Notes: generated by a model not told the origin, from the sequence alone. Shown: positions 21,761 through 32,441, counted from the stretch's first letter. The stretch is DNA of 64,000 nucleotides from an uncultured delta proteobacterium (GCA_963816395.1 CAWFKQ010000007.1:128001-192000); one strand, 5' to 3'. Numbers and translations are program-made.

Positions 21761-23092
21761 CTATCCTCCTGAGGAAAAGCAGTCGAACCTTCGGGAAACT
21801 TTGAAGATTCCTGAATAAGAGAGTCCCAGAAACAGGCTCAGATACGAACGTCCCATATGATCGAGCCGATCATTGACAGCCGTGCAGATGGCGAACAAGA
21901 GCAGAGCGCCAAAGATAAAAAAGGCGGTATCCGCAGTCAGCCAACCGGAGCGAAGACCGGCCCGCCAGCCTCGCAAGATGAGCACGACAGCTGCGGCAAA
22001 GAAGAGAAAGCCGATTACCCCCATCCGCACCAGCACCTCGAGATAGGTGTTATGGAAGTTACGGGCATTGGAAATGGGATACCTGGCCCACAGAGGTGCC
22101 AGCATGAAGGTGGTCTGTCTGGTTCCCCAGCCGGTCCAGGGACGCTGGTTCCACCGAGCCGCCCCTTCCCGCCACACGACCAACCTGGTACCGTATGAGG
22201 ATAATTTTTCCGGTTGGTATTCGGTGGCCGTCAGAGTCTTGACGATAGCCTCCCGATCATCCTCAAACCGCTCGTTATTTATCAGTTTCGGAGCAAGCGC
22301 CGCAAGTAAAGCCGCCAGAAGACACCCCAGAATACCGATGCCCATAAGGGGGATTCGCAGCGGCGGGAGCCCTCCAGTCTTCCTCGCCCGCCAATAATAG
22401 CCGAAGAGCGCGACCGGGTAAACCATGGCGCAGGCGATCCAGGTACTTCGTGAGAGGGAGAGAACAATCCCCGTGAGGGCAAGCGCGGAAGCCGCCAGCC
22501 ACACCCAGAATCGCCAGCTTGCATACCAAGGCCTATCTCCTGCCCGAAGCCAGCGGATTGCCGCAAATGTAAGTCCGAGGAGAACAGCCGCGCAGTATAG
22601 ACCGAAGGCGTTGATCGGCATGCCGAAATCGAGCCGGTTCACGGGCCACCCGGCCCATGAGACTTTCGGGTAGTTATGCAGTACGCCGAGGAAGAACCCC
22701 GAAATGACCAGTGCGGGGAAAAGATTGAGCATGCGAGGGGATGCCGGCAGGAGATAGGCAATCAGCAGGGCAAAAACCAGCGTCCCCAGATAACCCCAGG
22801 CGCCCGCGATCTGCTGTCCCCAGGTCCCCGGGAAAATCGTCTGCACATGGGAGCTGAGCCAGAGAAGATAGGCCGTGAATCCGAGGAGAGCCCAGAACAA
22901 TCCGCTTTTCGCGACCAGCCCTCCGTTCCGGCGCAGAGAGCCTGCGGCGGCAATCACTATCAGCACCTTCCCCAGACTGACCAGGAAGGTACTCAGGAAC
23001 AACCCGAACGCGAAAACCGCCAGCCCGGCAAGGCCGCAGGTGCCGAAAATGTTCAGGCTCTGGTGAAATGGATCTCTCAGCTCAAGCCGCAA
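21761..23092 (-). CDS. waaL: O-antigen ligase family membrane protein
   Basis: Many TM helices, SLSRSTW, R..VW...PWTGWG and HNTYLE...G.IG (Wzy_C/WaaL signature). Confidence 0.8.
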   Translation of the reverse strand: MRLELRDPFHQSLNIFGTCGLAGLAVFAFGLFLSTFLVSLGKVLIVIAAAGSLRRNGGLVAKSGLFWALLGFTAYLLWLSSHVQTIFPGTWGQQIAGAWGYLGTLVFALLIAYLLPASPRMLNLFPALVISGFFLGVLHNYPKVSWAGWPVNRLDFGMPINAFGLYCAAVLLGLTFAAIRWLRAGDRPWYASWRFWVWLAASALALTGIVLSLSRSTWIACAMVYPVALFGYYWRARKTGGLPPLRIPLMGIGILGCLLAALLAALAPKLINNERFEDDREAIVKTLTATEYQPEKLSSYGTRLVVWREGAARWNQRPWTGWGTRQTTFMLAPLWARYPISNARNFHNTYLEVLVRMGVIGFLFFAAAVVLILRGWRAGLRSGWLTADTAFFIFGALLLFAICTAVNDRLDHMGRSYLSLFLGLSYSGIFKVSRRFDCFSSGG

Positions 23093-23106
23093 GGCATGAA
23101 TTCCTC

Positions 23107-23763
23107 TCAGCTGTCGAACCGGTAAGCAAACATCTCGATATCCTTGCGAAAATACTCCTCGACAAGGGCGGCGGTGGCATCAGTGTAATAGCTGCGGAAG
23201 TCGGTGCGGTCCCTGGCCTGCCTCTTGTGGGCCAGGGGCGGAGCCGGAATGCCTATTTTACGGCAGATCTGCTGAAAGTCATCCGCCAGGTTTTCATAGC
23301 GTCCGATAAAGTCGATGATGGTGTTTCCATGCAGATCCACAAGGTAATCTGACTGCAGCTCGATGGAAGTATCGATATGGAACTGGTAGGGGCGCTGCGG
23401 ATCGAGTTTCCAGCGCAAAAAGGTTTCGAAATCCTCGATGCCCTGCATGAGATGCGGTCGTTCCCGCCGGATGTGATGAAAGGAGCTCACCTGCAGGTCC
23501 CAGGGGTTGCGAACGAAAGCGAATTTGAACAGGGAGTTGTAGAACTCGCGCGGCAGCATCTCATAGGCGGCGACCGCCTTGGCGTGGCGTGGGATCTTGC
23601 AGCCCAACCGGTGCCCGGACAGGTGGCTGATCCGGCTGCAGAGGAATGCCGGCCAGTACCAGGGATCGCGCCAGCGATAACGCTCCAGGGTGGAACGGAC
23701 GCTGGTGCCGCCGGTCTTGGCGATATGGACAAAGAGAAACCCGTATTTTACGGAAATCACCAT
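23107..23763 (-). CDS. Sulfotransferase family 2 protein
   Basis: FVHIAKTGGTS (5'-PSB loop), FVRNPWD...SSF (3'-PB motif), FIGRYENL and D..MFAY. Confidence 0.85.
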   Translation of the reverse strand: MVISVKYGFLFVHIAKTGGTSVRSTLERYRWRDPWYWPAFLCSRISHLSGHRLGCKIPRHAKAVAAYEMLPREFYNSLFKFAFVRNPWDLQVSSFHHIRRERPHLMQGIEDFETFLRWKLDPQRPYQFHIDTSIELQSDYLVDLHGNTIIDFIGRYENLADDFQQICRKIGIPAPPLAHKRQARDRTDFRSYYTDATAALVEEYFRKDIEMFAYRFDS

Positions 23764-24887
23764 GTGTTCTCCTTCGAGATATCAGGACCGATCAGCATTT
23801 CAAGGTAGCGGCGGCTGCTTTCCTCCATGCTATAGGCGGCAGCTGCCTGCCGCAAGCAATCGGCCGCCAATGGAGCGGTCATAACCTGCACAATAGCCTC
23901 GGCCATCTTTCGAGAATCTCCGATCGGAACCAGCGGCCCGAAGCGCCCTTCGGCGAGAATTTCCCGCGGTCCGCTCGGGCAATCAGTCGCCACAACCGGC
24001 ACCCCAAGCGCCAGCGCCTCCGTGAGCGCGTTGGGGGAACCTTCCCAGGCTGAGGAAAGGACGAAAAGTGAAGCACGGGCGAGATATTTGTAAGGATTGG
24101 CGGCAAAGCCAGGGAAATCGACGGCATCGGCAATGCCGAGGTCGGCGGCAAGGGACAGCAAATCAGCCCGACTGCGCCCATTCCCGAGAATGATCAGGCG
24201 GCAGAGCCGTTCGCGTCGCACCAGCGCGAAGGCCTTGAGCAGGGTCGGGAAATCTTTCTGACGGGTAAACCGTCCTACCCCCATGATCACCGGCACCTCG
24301 CCCGCGACCAGCCAGGGGTGATCGACAGGCTCCGCCGCCAAGGTCTGCAAACGGGGAGTAATGACCGGATTGCGGATCACCTGGAAGCGCGCCAACGGCA
24401 GACGGGTGATCGCCGCCAGATCCTTGGCGACGCCATCTGAAACCGCGACAACCCCATCAAAATGCGGATAAAAAAGGCGCATCGGCAGATGCCAGGTCCA
24501 CTTGCGCAGACGGCTGCGTCCCTCAAGGGCGGCCGACAGCGTCGTCCCGATCCGCACCACCACCCGGGTCGGAACGCGGGCGAGCCATCTCGCCGCCAGC
24601 GCCGTCCGTCCGGCCCGCTCCTTGGCGGCCAGGAGAGCCACCGGCCGCTCCCGGCGCAGGTAGCGGGCAAGCTCCAGGACACTGCCGAGAGTGTGCCCGG
24701 CGCGTGGCGAGATGACCCGCACGGCAGCTGGAAGCTCCTCCAGGTGCGCGCTCACCGATTTGACCAGCACCAGGTCAAGGCGGCAGCCGCGCTGCGCCAA
24801 CCCTTTACAGAGATTGACGATCATCCGCTCGACCCCGCCCTGACCGGAGAAGGAGGCAAAAACAGCGATGCGGGGTTGCTCAGGCAT
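23757..24887 (-). CDS. GT4 glycosyltransferase (WabH-like)
   Basis: GGVERM, GRFTRQKDF and SSAWEGSPNALTEA. Confidence 0.9.
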   Translation of the reverse strand: MPEQPRIAVFASFSGQGGVERMIVNLCKGLAQRGCRLDLVLVKSVSAHLEELPAAVRVISPRAGHTLGSVLELARYLRRERPVALLAAKERAGRTALAARWLARVPTRVVVRIGTTLSAALEGRSRLRKWTWHLPMRLFYPHFDGVVAVSDGVAKDLAAITRLPLARFQVIRNPVITPRLQTLAAEPVDHPWLVAGEVPVIMGVGRFTRQKDFPTLLKAFALVRRERLCRLIILGNGRSRADLLSLAADLGIADAVDFPGFAANPYKYLARASLFVLSSAWEGSPNALTEALALGVPVVATDCPSGPREILAEGRFGPLVPIGDSRKMAEAIVQVMTAPLAADCLRQAAAAYSMEESSRRYLEMLIGPDISKENTW

Positions 24888-25983
24888 TTTCAAATCCCAC
24901 AGCATGGAGATAACAATCGGCGCTGGCGGCAACCTGGAAAGGCTCGGCCCCCGCCCGCAGCACCGCCGGCAGCGGGGGTTGGAGAAGAACGCTCTGCATG
25001 GCCCGGGCGAGGGCCTCGACATCACCGATCGGCACCAATGGTCCCAGCCGTCCTCCCTGCAGGATCTCCCGAGGGCCGCTCGGGCAATCGGTCGCAACGA
25101 CAGGAGCGCCGCAGGCCAACGCCTCCATCAGCACCACCGGTGACCCTTCACAGCGCGAGGCAAGGACGAAGAGCGCCGCCCGGCTCATGAAAGCATAGGG
25201 GTTGGCAACGAAACCGGGCAGACTGACGGCTGACTTCACCCCGAGGGAAGCCGCCAGACTTTCCAGTTCCTGACGCTTGCGCCCCTCGCCGAGAATCAGC
25301 AGTCGGCACTCCATTTCCTTCCGCAAGCGGGCAAATGCCTGAAGCAAGGTGGCGAAATCCTTGCGCTCGCACAACTCTCCAACCCCCAGAACGACCGGTG
25401 GGCCGCCGTCATTGAACCAGGGATGTTCGGCTGCTTCCCGCGCTTTCGCCTGCAACCCCGCGTGCACGATCGGACTCGGAACCACCCTGACTATCTCCGG
25501 CCGCAGTCGGCCGATGCGGATAATATCCTCGGCGGCGCCGCAGGAGGGCACCAGAACGGCATCAGCCCACGGATAAAACCAGCGAATGGAGCCGTATTGC
25601 AGACTCCGCTCCAGGCGCCCGCGCTTGGCCAGGTTTTCCGAGACGGTAGTGCCCATGCGCACCGCCACCCGGGTCGCCACTCCTGCCACCTTTCTTGCCC
25701 AGAGCGCCAATCGGTTCAGCCGGTCCTTGTCGCTGAGCAGAACCCGCGGCTTTTCCCGCCGCAGATATTTCACCAGCGGCAGAAAGCAGCTGTTCACATG
25801 GGCGGCACCCAGGGGGAAGAGGCGAACGTTGGGCGGCAACTCCGGCAGGTGCGGTCCGTGCCCCTCGATCCGCAGCACGTCTATCCGCAGCCCCCGACGA
25901 GCCAATTCCCCGATGAGGTTGCCCATCACCCGGTCCACTCCACTATGCCCGGAGGTGGCCAGGAAGAAGGCGAGATCCGTCAT
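24880..25983 (-). CDS. GT4 glycosyltransferase (WabH-like)
   Basis: SGVDRV, GELCERKDF and SRCEGSPVVLMEA. Confidence 0.9.
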   Translation of the reverse strand: MTDLAFFLATSGHSGVDRVMGNLIGELARRGLRIDVLRIEGHGPHLPELPPNVRLFPLGAAHVNSCFLPLVKYLRREKPRVLLSDKDRLNRLALWARKVAGVATRVAVRMGTTVSENLAKRGRLERSLQYGSIRWFYPWADAVLVPSCGAAEDIIRIGRLRPEIVRVVPSPIVHAGLQAKAREAAEHPWFNDGGPPVVLGVGELCERKDFATLLQAFARLRKEMECRLLILGEGRKRQELESLAASLGVKSAVSLPGFVANPYAFMSRAALFVLASRCEGSPVVLMEALACGAPVVATDCPSGPREILQGGRLGPLVPIGDVEALARAMQSVLLQPPLPAVLRAGAEPFQVAASADCYLHAVGFENA

Positions 25984-27119
25984 GTACGCCCTCCCTTGGC
26001 AGGTGAGCCGATTGCCTCCAGATAGGCGAGGGCACAAAGATCGGTCCGAAATCGCTTTCCACCCTCCCGCAGCTTTTCTCTCGGCAGCGGATCGTTCAGG
26101 ACCTCAGCAATGGACTTGGCCAGCGCTTCCGGGTCCCCGACCGGCACCAGCGGTCCGTAGCGGCCATCGTCGAGGATCTCTTTCGCCCCGCCGGGACAGT
26201 CGGTGGCTACGGCGGGAACTCCCAGGGCGAGGGCCTGGATCAACACATTCGGCGAGCCTTCCCAGGCGGACGAGAGAACGAAAACCGCGGCCCGCCCCAT
26301 GTACCGGAAAGGATTGGCGATGAATCCGGGCAGTTCCATATCCTCCCGAACCCCCATTTCTGCCGCCAGCTTCAGCAAGTCTCCGCGTTCTTTCCCCTCA
26401 CCCAGGATCATCAGGCGGCAGTGCCGCTCCTGTCGTACTCGGGCAAAAGCGCGGATGAGGGTGGGGAAGTCTTTCTGCCGGGCGAGCCGGCCGACACCGA
26501 TCAGCACGGGAGGCGCGCCGGGAGCGAACCAGGGGTGTTCGACAGGCTGCTCCGCCTGATCCTGGAGATCATCGGAGACGGTCGGATTGGCCAAAACCGT
26601 AATCCGGCCGGGGGGGATGCCGAGCACGGTCTCGATATCCATGGCAACGCCGCCGGCATTGGCGATGATGAGGTCCGCCCGATGATAGCAGTACCGCATC
26701 GACCAGTGCCGCAGCAGCCTTTTGGGCAGACTGCGCCGCTCCAGTGCGGCGGAGATAGCCATCCCCACCCGGAAAATCAGCCTTACCGGCACCCCGCTCA
26801 CCTGCCGGGCCACGACAGCGACCCGGTTGGCAGGTTCCCGGTTGGCCAGCAGGGCGAAAGGGCTCTCCTTTTGGAAATAGCTGACCAACGCCCGGATGCG
26901 GCGCCATTCATTCCCCTGCCCGAGGGTGACCACGCGAATCCCCGGAGAGAGTCTGGACAGTTCGGGGATATTGGTAGCATGGAGAAGGATATCGACCGCA
27001 ACTCCCCTGGCCGCCACGGCGTTCATGAGGTTCAGCATGACATGGCTGATCCCCCCCTCCCCGCCGCGGAAGCCGTAGAAAGCGATCCTGTCTGGGAATG
27101 AGCCCACTCTCTCGTTCAC
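25980..27119 (-). CDS. GT4 glycosyltransferase (WabH-like)
   Basis: GGISHV, GRLARQKDF and SSAWEGSPNVLIQA. Confidence 0.9.
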   Translation of the reverse strand: MNERVGSFPDRIAFYGFRGGEGGISHVMLNLMNAVAARGVAVDILLHATNIPELSRLSPGIRVVTLGQGNEWRRIRALVSYFQKESPFALLANREPANRVAVVARQVSGVPVRLIFRVGMAISAALERRSLPKRLLRHWSMRYCYHRADLIIANAGGVAMDIETVLGIPPGRITVLANPTVSDDLQDQAEQPVEHPWFAPGAPPVLIGVGRLARQKDFPTLIRAFARVRQERHCRLMILGEGKERGDLLKLAAEMGVREDMELPGFIANPFRYMGRAAVFVLSSAWEGSPNVLIQALALGVPAVATDCPGGAKEILDDGRYGPLVPVGDPEALAKSIAEVLNDPLPREKLREGGKRFRTDLCALAYLEAIGSPAKGGRT

Positions 27120-27182
27120 GATCCTTGCCTCTAAAATCCGAGCAACCGAAAATGCTGTCCAAGTACGTCTTTCCCCTCGAGT

Positions 27183-28265
27183 CTATCTCCAGCCGAAGCC
27201 ACCGGCGATCTTTTCCACTCGGGATCGCCAGCTATACCGTTTAGACGCCTTCCTGGCGTTTTCTGCCAACCGGAGTGCCAGCGCCGGCTCCTCGCGCAAC
27301 CGGCCGATCGCCATTGCCCAGGCGTCGGCCGCTGCAGGTGGCACCAGCAGGCCGGTCTCCCCGTCCCGGATAACCTCCCGGATGGCAGGAAGAGCACTGG
27401 CAATGATCGGCCGGCCGGCAGCCATCGCCTCGAACAGTTTGAGAGGGCTGATGGAATTCGCATGCCGCAGTTCATCCTGGTAAGGCAGGAGTACGATGTC
27501 CGTCCTGGCATACCAGCCGGGCACTTCCCGGTGGGGGACGACGGGATGGACCTCAAAAAAGGGGCTCGGCGCCAATTCCTCTTCAGCCTCCCCCACCAGC
27601 ACAATGGTCGCCAGTTGGCGCCGGGCGATTTCCCGGAAGATATCAAGGCCGCGGCTTCGGCTCAGGCGCCCGAGGTAGGTGACTGTCGGCTGCGCCAGCC
27701 GCCCTGGATCGAGGACCGGCACGGCCTCAAAAGCGGAAAGGTCGACACCGCAGGGGCTTACCGTCATCCGCTCGGGCGCCGCGCCCCATTCTTGCAGGAT
27801 GCCGGCGGCGGTTTCGCTAATGGGAAAGAAGCGTTGCACCATCCCCTGGCGATAATGCTCGATGATTCTCCGATAGGCCGGGCCATCGACGAGTCCCCGC
27901 GCCTCGTGAACCTCCAGGGAGTGCGGAATCCGCGCCTCGGCAAGAAGGAGACTGAGGTCGGGAGATCGCACATAAACGGCATCGGCACGAAGCATTGCCG
28001 CTCGCTTCAGAAGACAGAACAGGCGGCCGCCCCATGGCTGCCAGGCAGAATGCAGTAGCCGCGTTCCCCGGAGGTCAAGGGAATGATGGATACCGAAACC
28101 GGCCAACCGTTCCTTCACCACCAGCTCTTTTCGCCACGGGGGAAGATAAAGGGCGACCTGGACCCCCAGCTGATCGAAAGCGGCAACGGTGTGGAGCGTC
28201 TGCAGGAGATTGGCCCGGTTTCGGTGCAGTCGGCTCCGGCTGAGATAAATAAGGCGTTTCTGCAT
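27183..28265 (-). CDS. GT4 glycosyltransferase
   Basis: LEVHE, YLGRL and SPLKLFEAMAAGRPII. Confidence 0.88.
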   Translation of the reverse strand: MQKRLIYLSRSRLHRNRANLLQTLHTVAAFDQLGVQVALYLPPWRKELVVKERLAGFGIHHSLDLRGTRLLHSAWQPWGGRLFCLLKRAAMLRADAVYVRSPDLSLLLAEARIPHSLEVHEARGLVDGPAYRRIIEHYRQGMVQRFFPISETAAGILQEWGAAPERMTVSPCGVDLSAFEAVPVLDPGRLAQPTVTYLGRLSRSRGLDIFREIARRQLATIVLVGEAEEELAPSPFFEVHPVVPHREVPGWYARTDIVLLPYQDELRHANSISPLKLFEAMAAGRPIIASALPAIREVIRDGETGLLVPPAAADAWAMAIGRLREEPALALRLAENARKASKRYSWRSRVEKIAGGFGWR

Positions 28266-28339
28266 AATCCCCAGGTCTTACCTGTCCCTTTCGCTACAAT
28301 GACGCAGTCTCCCAAGGGAACCTTAGCCGAAAAAAGATT

Positions 28340-29227
28340 TTAGTTTATCCTTGAAACCGCGGGGCTTCCTTTAGGTTTCTTATTGACTTCTCTTTCTTTC
28401 AGCACATCCACGCGCCATTCATAACCGAAGTGCTCCGCCGTCCGCCTGACCTGCTCTTCAAATTCCATTTTGTCCTTTTCGCTCCAATCCAGCACGGAGG
28501 GTTTTTTCCGGAATGCGTTGGGCTTCTGGTCGGCAACCGCTTTGAATTGCGTTTCGGTAATTCGCGCAGAGAATCCAAGGAATTTGCAGAGATCCTGATA
28601 AGCCTGGAAATTCAAATCCTCGAGTTTCTGGATGTGCCGATGGTTGTGGGGAAGCTGGTCAAACTGACGCAGCACCTCGTTGTTGAGGGTCGCCCAGAAC
28701 CAGGCAAGTTTTCCCACCCGACCGAATCCTTTCCACTGTTCATAAAAATCGCCTTTGGGCACGGTTCGTCCCAAGAAATGATGAAAGCGGCTCAGGTCCT
28801 GGTAGCCAAGAGCCTGGTTCGGGTTTTCATAAAAAATCTCCTCGGCATACCACCCTTTCTCAAGGTAGGAATTAACGACCTTTTCCGGAGACCGGACCAT
28901 CAGTATGAAGTTCCCCTTGAATCGCTCGAAAAGCGGCAGAACGGATAGACTCAGAAATGCGCTGGCCTCAAAAGAGAAAGCATTTTGGCTCAGGTCGTTT
29001 TTGATCTCTTTTGTTTTTTCGGCCAGGAACCCCTCGTGATCGACAGGCAGTTGATACCACTGGCAGTAACGATGAAAGGTTTCGTTGAGGTTGTTGCGTT
29101 CATGGCAAGCGGCAATCTGCGGCTCAAGGGCAACGACTTCAAAAATGAATCGGGTGCCGCAGCGCCCCGTCCCAACGGCAAACCCCACCTTGTTCCGGTA
29201 TTCTTCCTGCGTCAATTCAGAGTTCAT
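28340..29227 (-). CDS. P-loop sulfotransferase-like protein
   Basis: GTGRCGT, HE, MVRSPEKVVNS and KLEDL...LCKFLG. Visibly more AT-rich than its neighbours. Confidence 0.65.
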   Translation of the reverse strand: MNSELTQEEYRNKVGFAVGTGRCGTRFIFEVVALEPQIAACHERNNLNETFHRYCQWYQLPVDHEGFLAEKTKEIKNDLSQNAFSFEASAFLSLSVLPLFERFKGNFILMVRSPEKVVNSYLEKGWYAEEIFYENPNQALGYQDLSRFHHFLGRTVPKGDFYEQWKGFGRVGKLAWFWATLNNEVLRQFDQLPHNHRHIQKLEDLNFQAYQDLCKFLGFSARITETQFKAVADQKPNAFRKKPSVLDWSEKDKMEFEEQVRRTAEHFGYEWRVDVLKEREVNKKPKGSPAVSRIN

Positions 29228-30309
29228 GCTGGGTCGCCCAAAGAGGAATAAATTTCCAGATTTCTCCCAATCATCGCGGGGATGGAAAAATCCGATTTCA
29301 CGATCGCCAGTCCCGCCTCCCCCATCCGTCGCGCCGTCCCCGGTTTGCGGAGCAGTTCCACAACCGGCCCAACGAGAGCGTCAGAGTCTCCGGGCTGGAC
29401 GAGGTAACCGTTGATACCATTTCTGACGATCTCCGGAATGCCGCCGGCCCGCGCGGCGACGATCGGGAGACCACAAGCTGCGGCCTGCAGCAGGGAGACC
29501 CCGAGTCCCTCCATCAGGGCGGGATGCACCACCACGTCCAGGCAGGGGAGAATGCGCTGCAGATCGTCGCGAAAACCGGCGAAAATGACTTTCCCGGCAA
29601 TGCCTGTGGCGGCGCACAGCTGCTCCAGTTCATCGCGCAGGGGCCCCTTGCCGAAGAAGAGGAAACGGGTCTCAGGGCAGGCGTGCAGGATGGCGGGGGC
29701 GGCTTCGATGAGAAAGCGGTGCCCCTTGCGGGGGATCAACTGGGCGATCACCGCCACCGTTTGCTCTTCGCCGCCGAGGCCGAATTCCCGTCGGAACCAG
29801 TCCCTATCGGCCGCTTCCCGATATGGTTCGAGGTCCACCGCGCTATGCACGCAGGTCAATTGCCTCTCGGGCACCCCCTCGGCGGCAAGAACCACGCGTA
29901 TCCCCGCGGAAATCGTGATCACCCGATCAAACTGGCCATACTTCAGCTTTGCCAGCCAGCGCGGCTCAGGATTGTCCACCCGCCGGGTAAGAATCGAACG
30001 GATTCCAGTCACGCGGGCGGCCACCGCTCCCCAGAGGTCCGCGCCGCGGCGGCTGTGCACATGCATGATATCCGGTTTCACTTTTCGCAGCAGGCGGATC
30101 AGACGTACCGCGAAAGGGACATCCAGGTCACCGCGCATGGGAAAAGCCGCCACCTGGGCAAAGGGGGCCGCCGCAGCGGCGATTTCGCTTCCCCGGGGGC
30201 AGACCAGGATGTTCTCGACACCTTTCTCATGCAGGCCGCGCAGAAGATAGAAGACTTGCAAGGCGCCGCCATAGAGGTTCATCCCGGTTTCGATGTGCAG
30301 TACTTTCAA
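29224..30309 (-). CDS. GT4 glycosyltransferase
   Basis: TTG start, KVLHIETG...YGGALQ, QLIPRKGH and EGLGVSLLQA. Confidence 0.88.
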   Translation of the reverse strand: MKVLHIETGMNLYGGALQVFYLLRGLHEKGVENILVCPRGSEIAAAAAPFAQVAAFPMRGDLDVPFAVRLIRLLRKVKPDIMHVHSRRGADLWGAVAARVTGIRSILTRRVDNPEPRWLAKLKYGQFDRVITISAGIRVVLAAEGVPERQLTCVHSAVDLEPYREAADRDWFRREFGLGGEEQTVAVIAQLIPRKGHRFLIEAAPAILHACPETRFLFFGKGPLRDELEQLCAATGIAGKVIFAGFRDDLQRILPCLDVVVHPALMEGLGVSLLQAAACGLPIVAARAGGIPEIVRNGINGYLVQPGDSDALVGPVVELLRKPGTARRMGEAGLAIVKSDFSIPAMIGRNLEIYSSLGDPA

Positions 30310-31352
30310 TCCCGCCCTCCTTCCCGCGCCAGCAGGGAGGCCGCTGTCTGCAAGACTTCGTCGACCGTGATCGCCTGCATGCAGGTGAAGTCGCCGGCGC
30401 AGGTGGGGCTCCGTTTGCAGGGAGAACACGGGTGCGGATGGTAGAGCACCCGGGTTTGCGGACTGGGGGTTTCGAGGTAGGGGCAGGTGGCGCCGAACAG
30501 GGCGATGGTCGGACGGCGAAAGGCGGTGCCCATGTGGGTGAGGCCGGTGTCGACGCCGATTGCTAGAGAGCTGTGCCTGACCAGGGCGGCCGTCTGGGCG
30601 ATGGTCGTCTCCCCGGTCAGGTTCTCGATCGCCGTGCCGCTCATCTGCACGATCCGCCGGCTTGCCGCCAGATCCGCCGGCCCGCCCAGAAGGAGGGGAA
30701 CGAGATCGAACCTCTCGCGCACCCTCCGCGCGAGATCCGCCCATCGCTCCTCGAACCAGTGCTTCTGCGGTCGGGTGGTGAAAGGCAAAAGAACGGCGTA
30801 GCGGTCCAGGCCTCTTGCTTGCCGCAGGCGGGCGGCGGCCGCCTCGTCTTCTCCGGCAAGCACCAGGGAGGGGCGGAATTCCCCGGGATCCAGCCCCAGA
30901 TGTTCCATCATGAAGCGATATTCGGAACTCATCGCCTTGCTGCTCGGTCCCCGCGGGATTACTTTCGACATGAGAAATCCCCCCGGTTCCCGCGACACGA
31001 AACCGATGCGCTCCCGGGCTCCGGACAGCTTCGCTATCAGCCGGCTTTTCAGCAGGCCGACGGCATCAAGGGCGAGATCGAATCGGCAGCGGCGCAGTTC
31101 GTGCCTCAGCCCGGCCACCTCACGCCGCAGGGAAAGCAGTTTTCCCTCCCTGAGCAGCTGCCGCCAGCGGTTCTTCGGCCAGACGATGACCTCGTCGAGG
31201 TCCGGATGGTGCCGCAGCAGCTCCACCACCTGTGGCTCCGCCAGCCAGACGAGGCGGGCCTTCGGATATGCCGCGCGCAAGGTCCGGATCATGGGCGAGG
31301 CCATGACGATGTCGCCGATGGCGCTGGGTCGGATGATCAGGATGCTTCGCAT
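30306..31352 (-). CDS. GT9 LPS heptosyltransferase (WaaC/WaaF family)
   Basis: ILIIRPSAIGDIV, KHW and GVDTGLTHMG...ALFG. Confidence 0.9.
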   Translation of the reverse strand: MRSILIIRPSAIGDIVMASPMIRTLRAAYPKARLVWLAEPQVVELLRHHPDLDEVIVWPKNRWRQLLREGKLLSLRREVAGLRHELRRCRFDLALDAVGLLKSRLIAKLSGARERIGFVSREPGGFLMSKVIPRGPSSKAMSSEYRFMMEHLGLDPGEFRPSLVLAGEDEAAAARLRQARGLDRYAVLLPFTTRPQKHWFEERWADLARRVRERFDLVPLLLGGPADLAASRRIVQMSGTAIENLTGETTIAQTAALVRHSSLAIGVDTGLTHMGTAFRRPTIALFGATCPYLETPSPQTRVLYHPHPCSPCKRSPTCAGDFTCMQAITVDEVLQTAASLLAREGGRD

Positions 31353-31375
31353 GCCGAGAAATCCAGTGCGCCGGG

Positions 31376-32441
31376 TTACTTCAGCAAGTCCCGGTAGAGG
31401 GTGAGATACTGGTCGATAACGGCGTCCTTGCCGTGGTGGAGCAGCAGGTCATTCCGCCCGGCATCGGCCATGCGGCGCCAGGCGTCGCCGCCGGCCGCCA
31501 GCAGCTCGGCAAGCCGCCCGCGCCAGCAGCCGCGAATCCTGGGCGGAGGTGAGGCCGTTGGTTCCGTCTTGGATCAGTTCGCGGGCTGCCGGGGTTTCAG
31601 TCGACAGAACGGGCAGGCCATTGGCCCAAGCCTCCAGGATCACGTTGCCGAGGGTCTCCCGCCGGGAAGGACAGACAAAGACGTCGGACATCTGGTAGAG
31701 CGCGGTCGGATCACTCTGCCAGCCGGCCCAGCAGATACGGTCATCCAGGCCGAGAGCGGCGGCCTGCTTCTTCAGCTCAGCGCCCATCGGTCCCTCCCCG
31801 GCCAGAACCAGGCGAACCGGGCGGTGGCCGATCTCGGCGGGCACCTGCGCCAGGGCTTCAATGAGGAGGTCGAAGCCCTTGAGCTGCAGGAACCGGCCAA
31901 GGCTGAAAACGACCAGGGCATCCTCCGGAACCCCCAGGGTCCGGCGACGCTCCGCCAGTTCAGGAGAAGACAAGCGTTTCGGCATTTCAACGAAATTACC
32001 GATCCGAAAAATTCTCGCCGCCGGCAGCCCCTGCCCGACCAGATAGTCGCAGAGCTCCCGGGTATTGCCGATCCAGGCGTTCGCGTGCCGGTAATAACCA
32101 TTCACTTTGTAGAAGCCGCCCAGACGGGCGATGTGAACAGCGCCAAGCTTTTCCGGTACCCGGGTCAGGCGGGAAGCGCGTCCCATGTAGGTCTGCACGA
32201 TGCCGACCCCGGTCTCCCGGATCAGGCGCCGGATGGCCAGGCCGGAGAGAACATCCCAGCCGTTGCGCATCGGCACCAGGTATCTTGGAATATCCGCGCC
32301 GAGTTGACGCCCGACCGGACTGCCGGGACGATGGACGGCAATCGCCGAATGATCCCGCTCGTGCAAGGCACCGACCAGGCGGATGAAGAATTTTTCCGCC
32401 CCGCCCATCTGCGTGCTGCCGATGACATGCAGGGAGCGCAT
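31376..32441 (-). CDS. GT4 glycosyltransferase (frameshift near 31530)
   Basis: MGGAE, GRFLQLKGFD and ETLGNVILEAW. The C-terminus ...QYLTLYRDLLK* is in a second frame. Confidence 0.85.
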
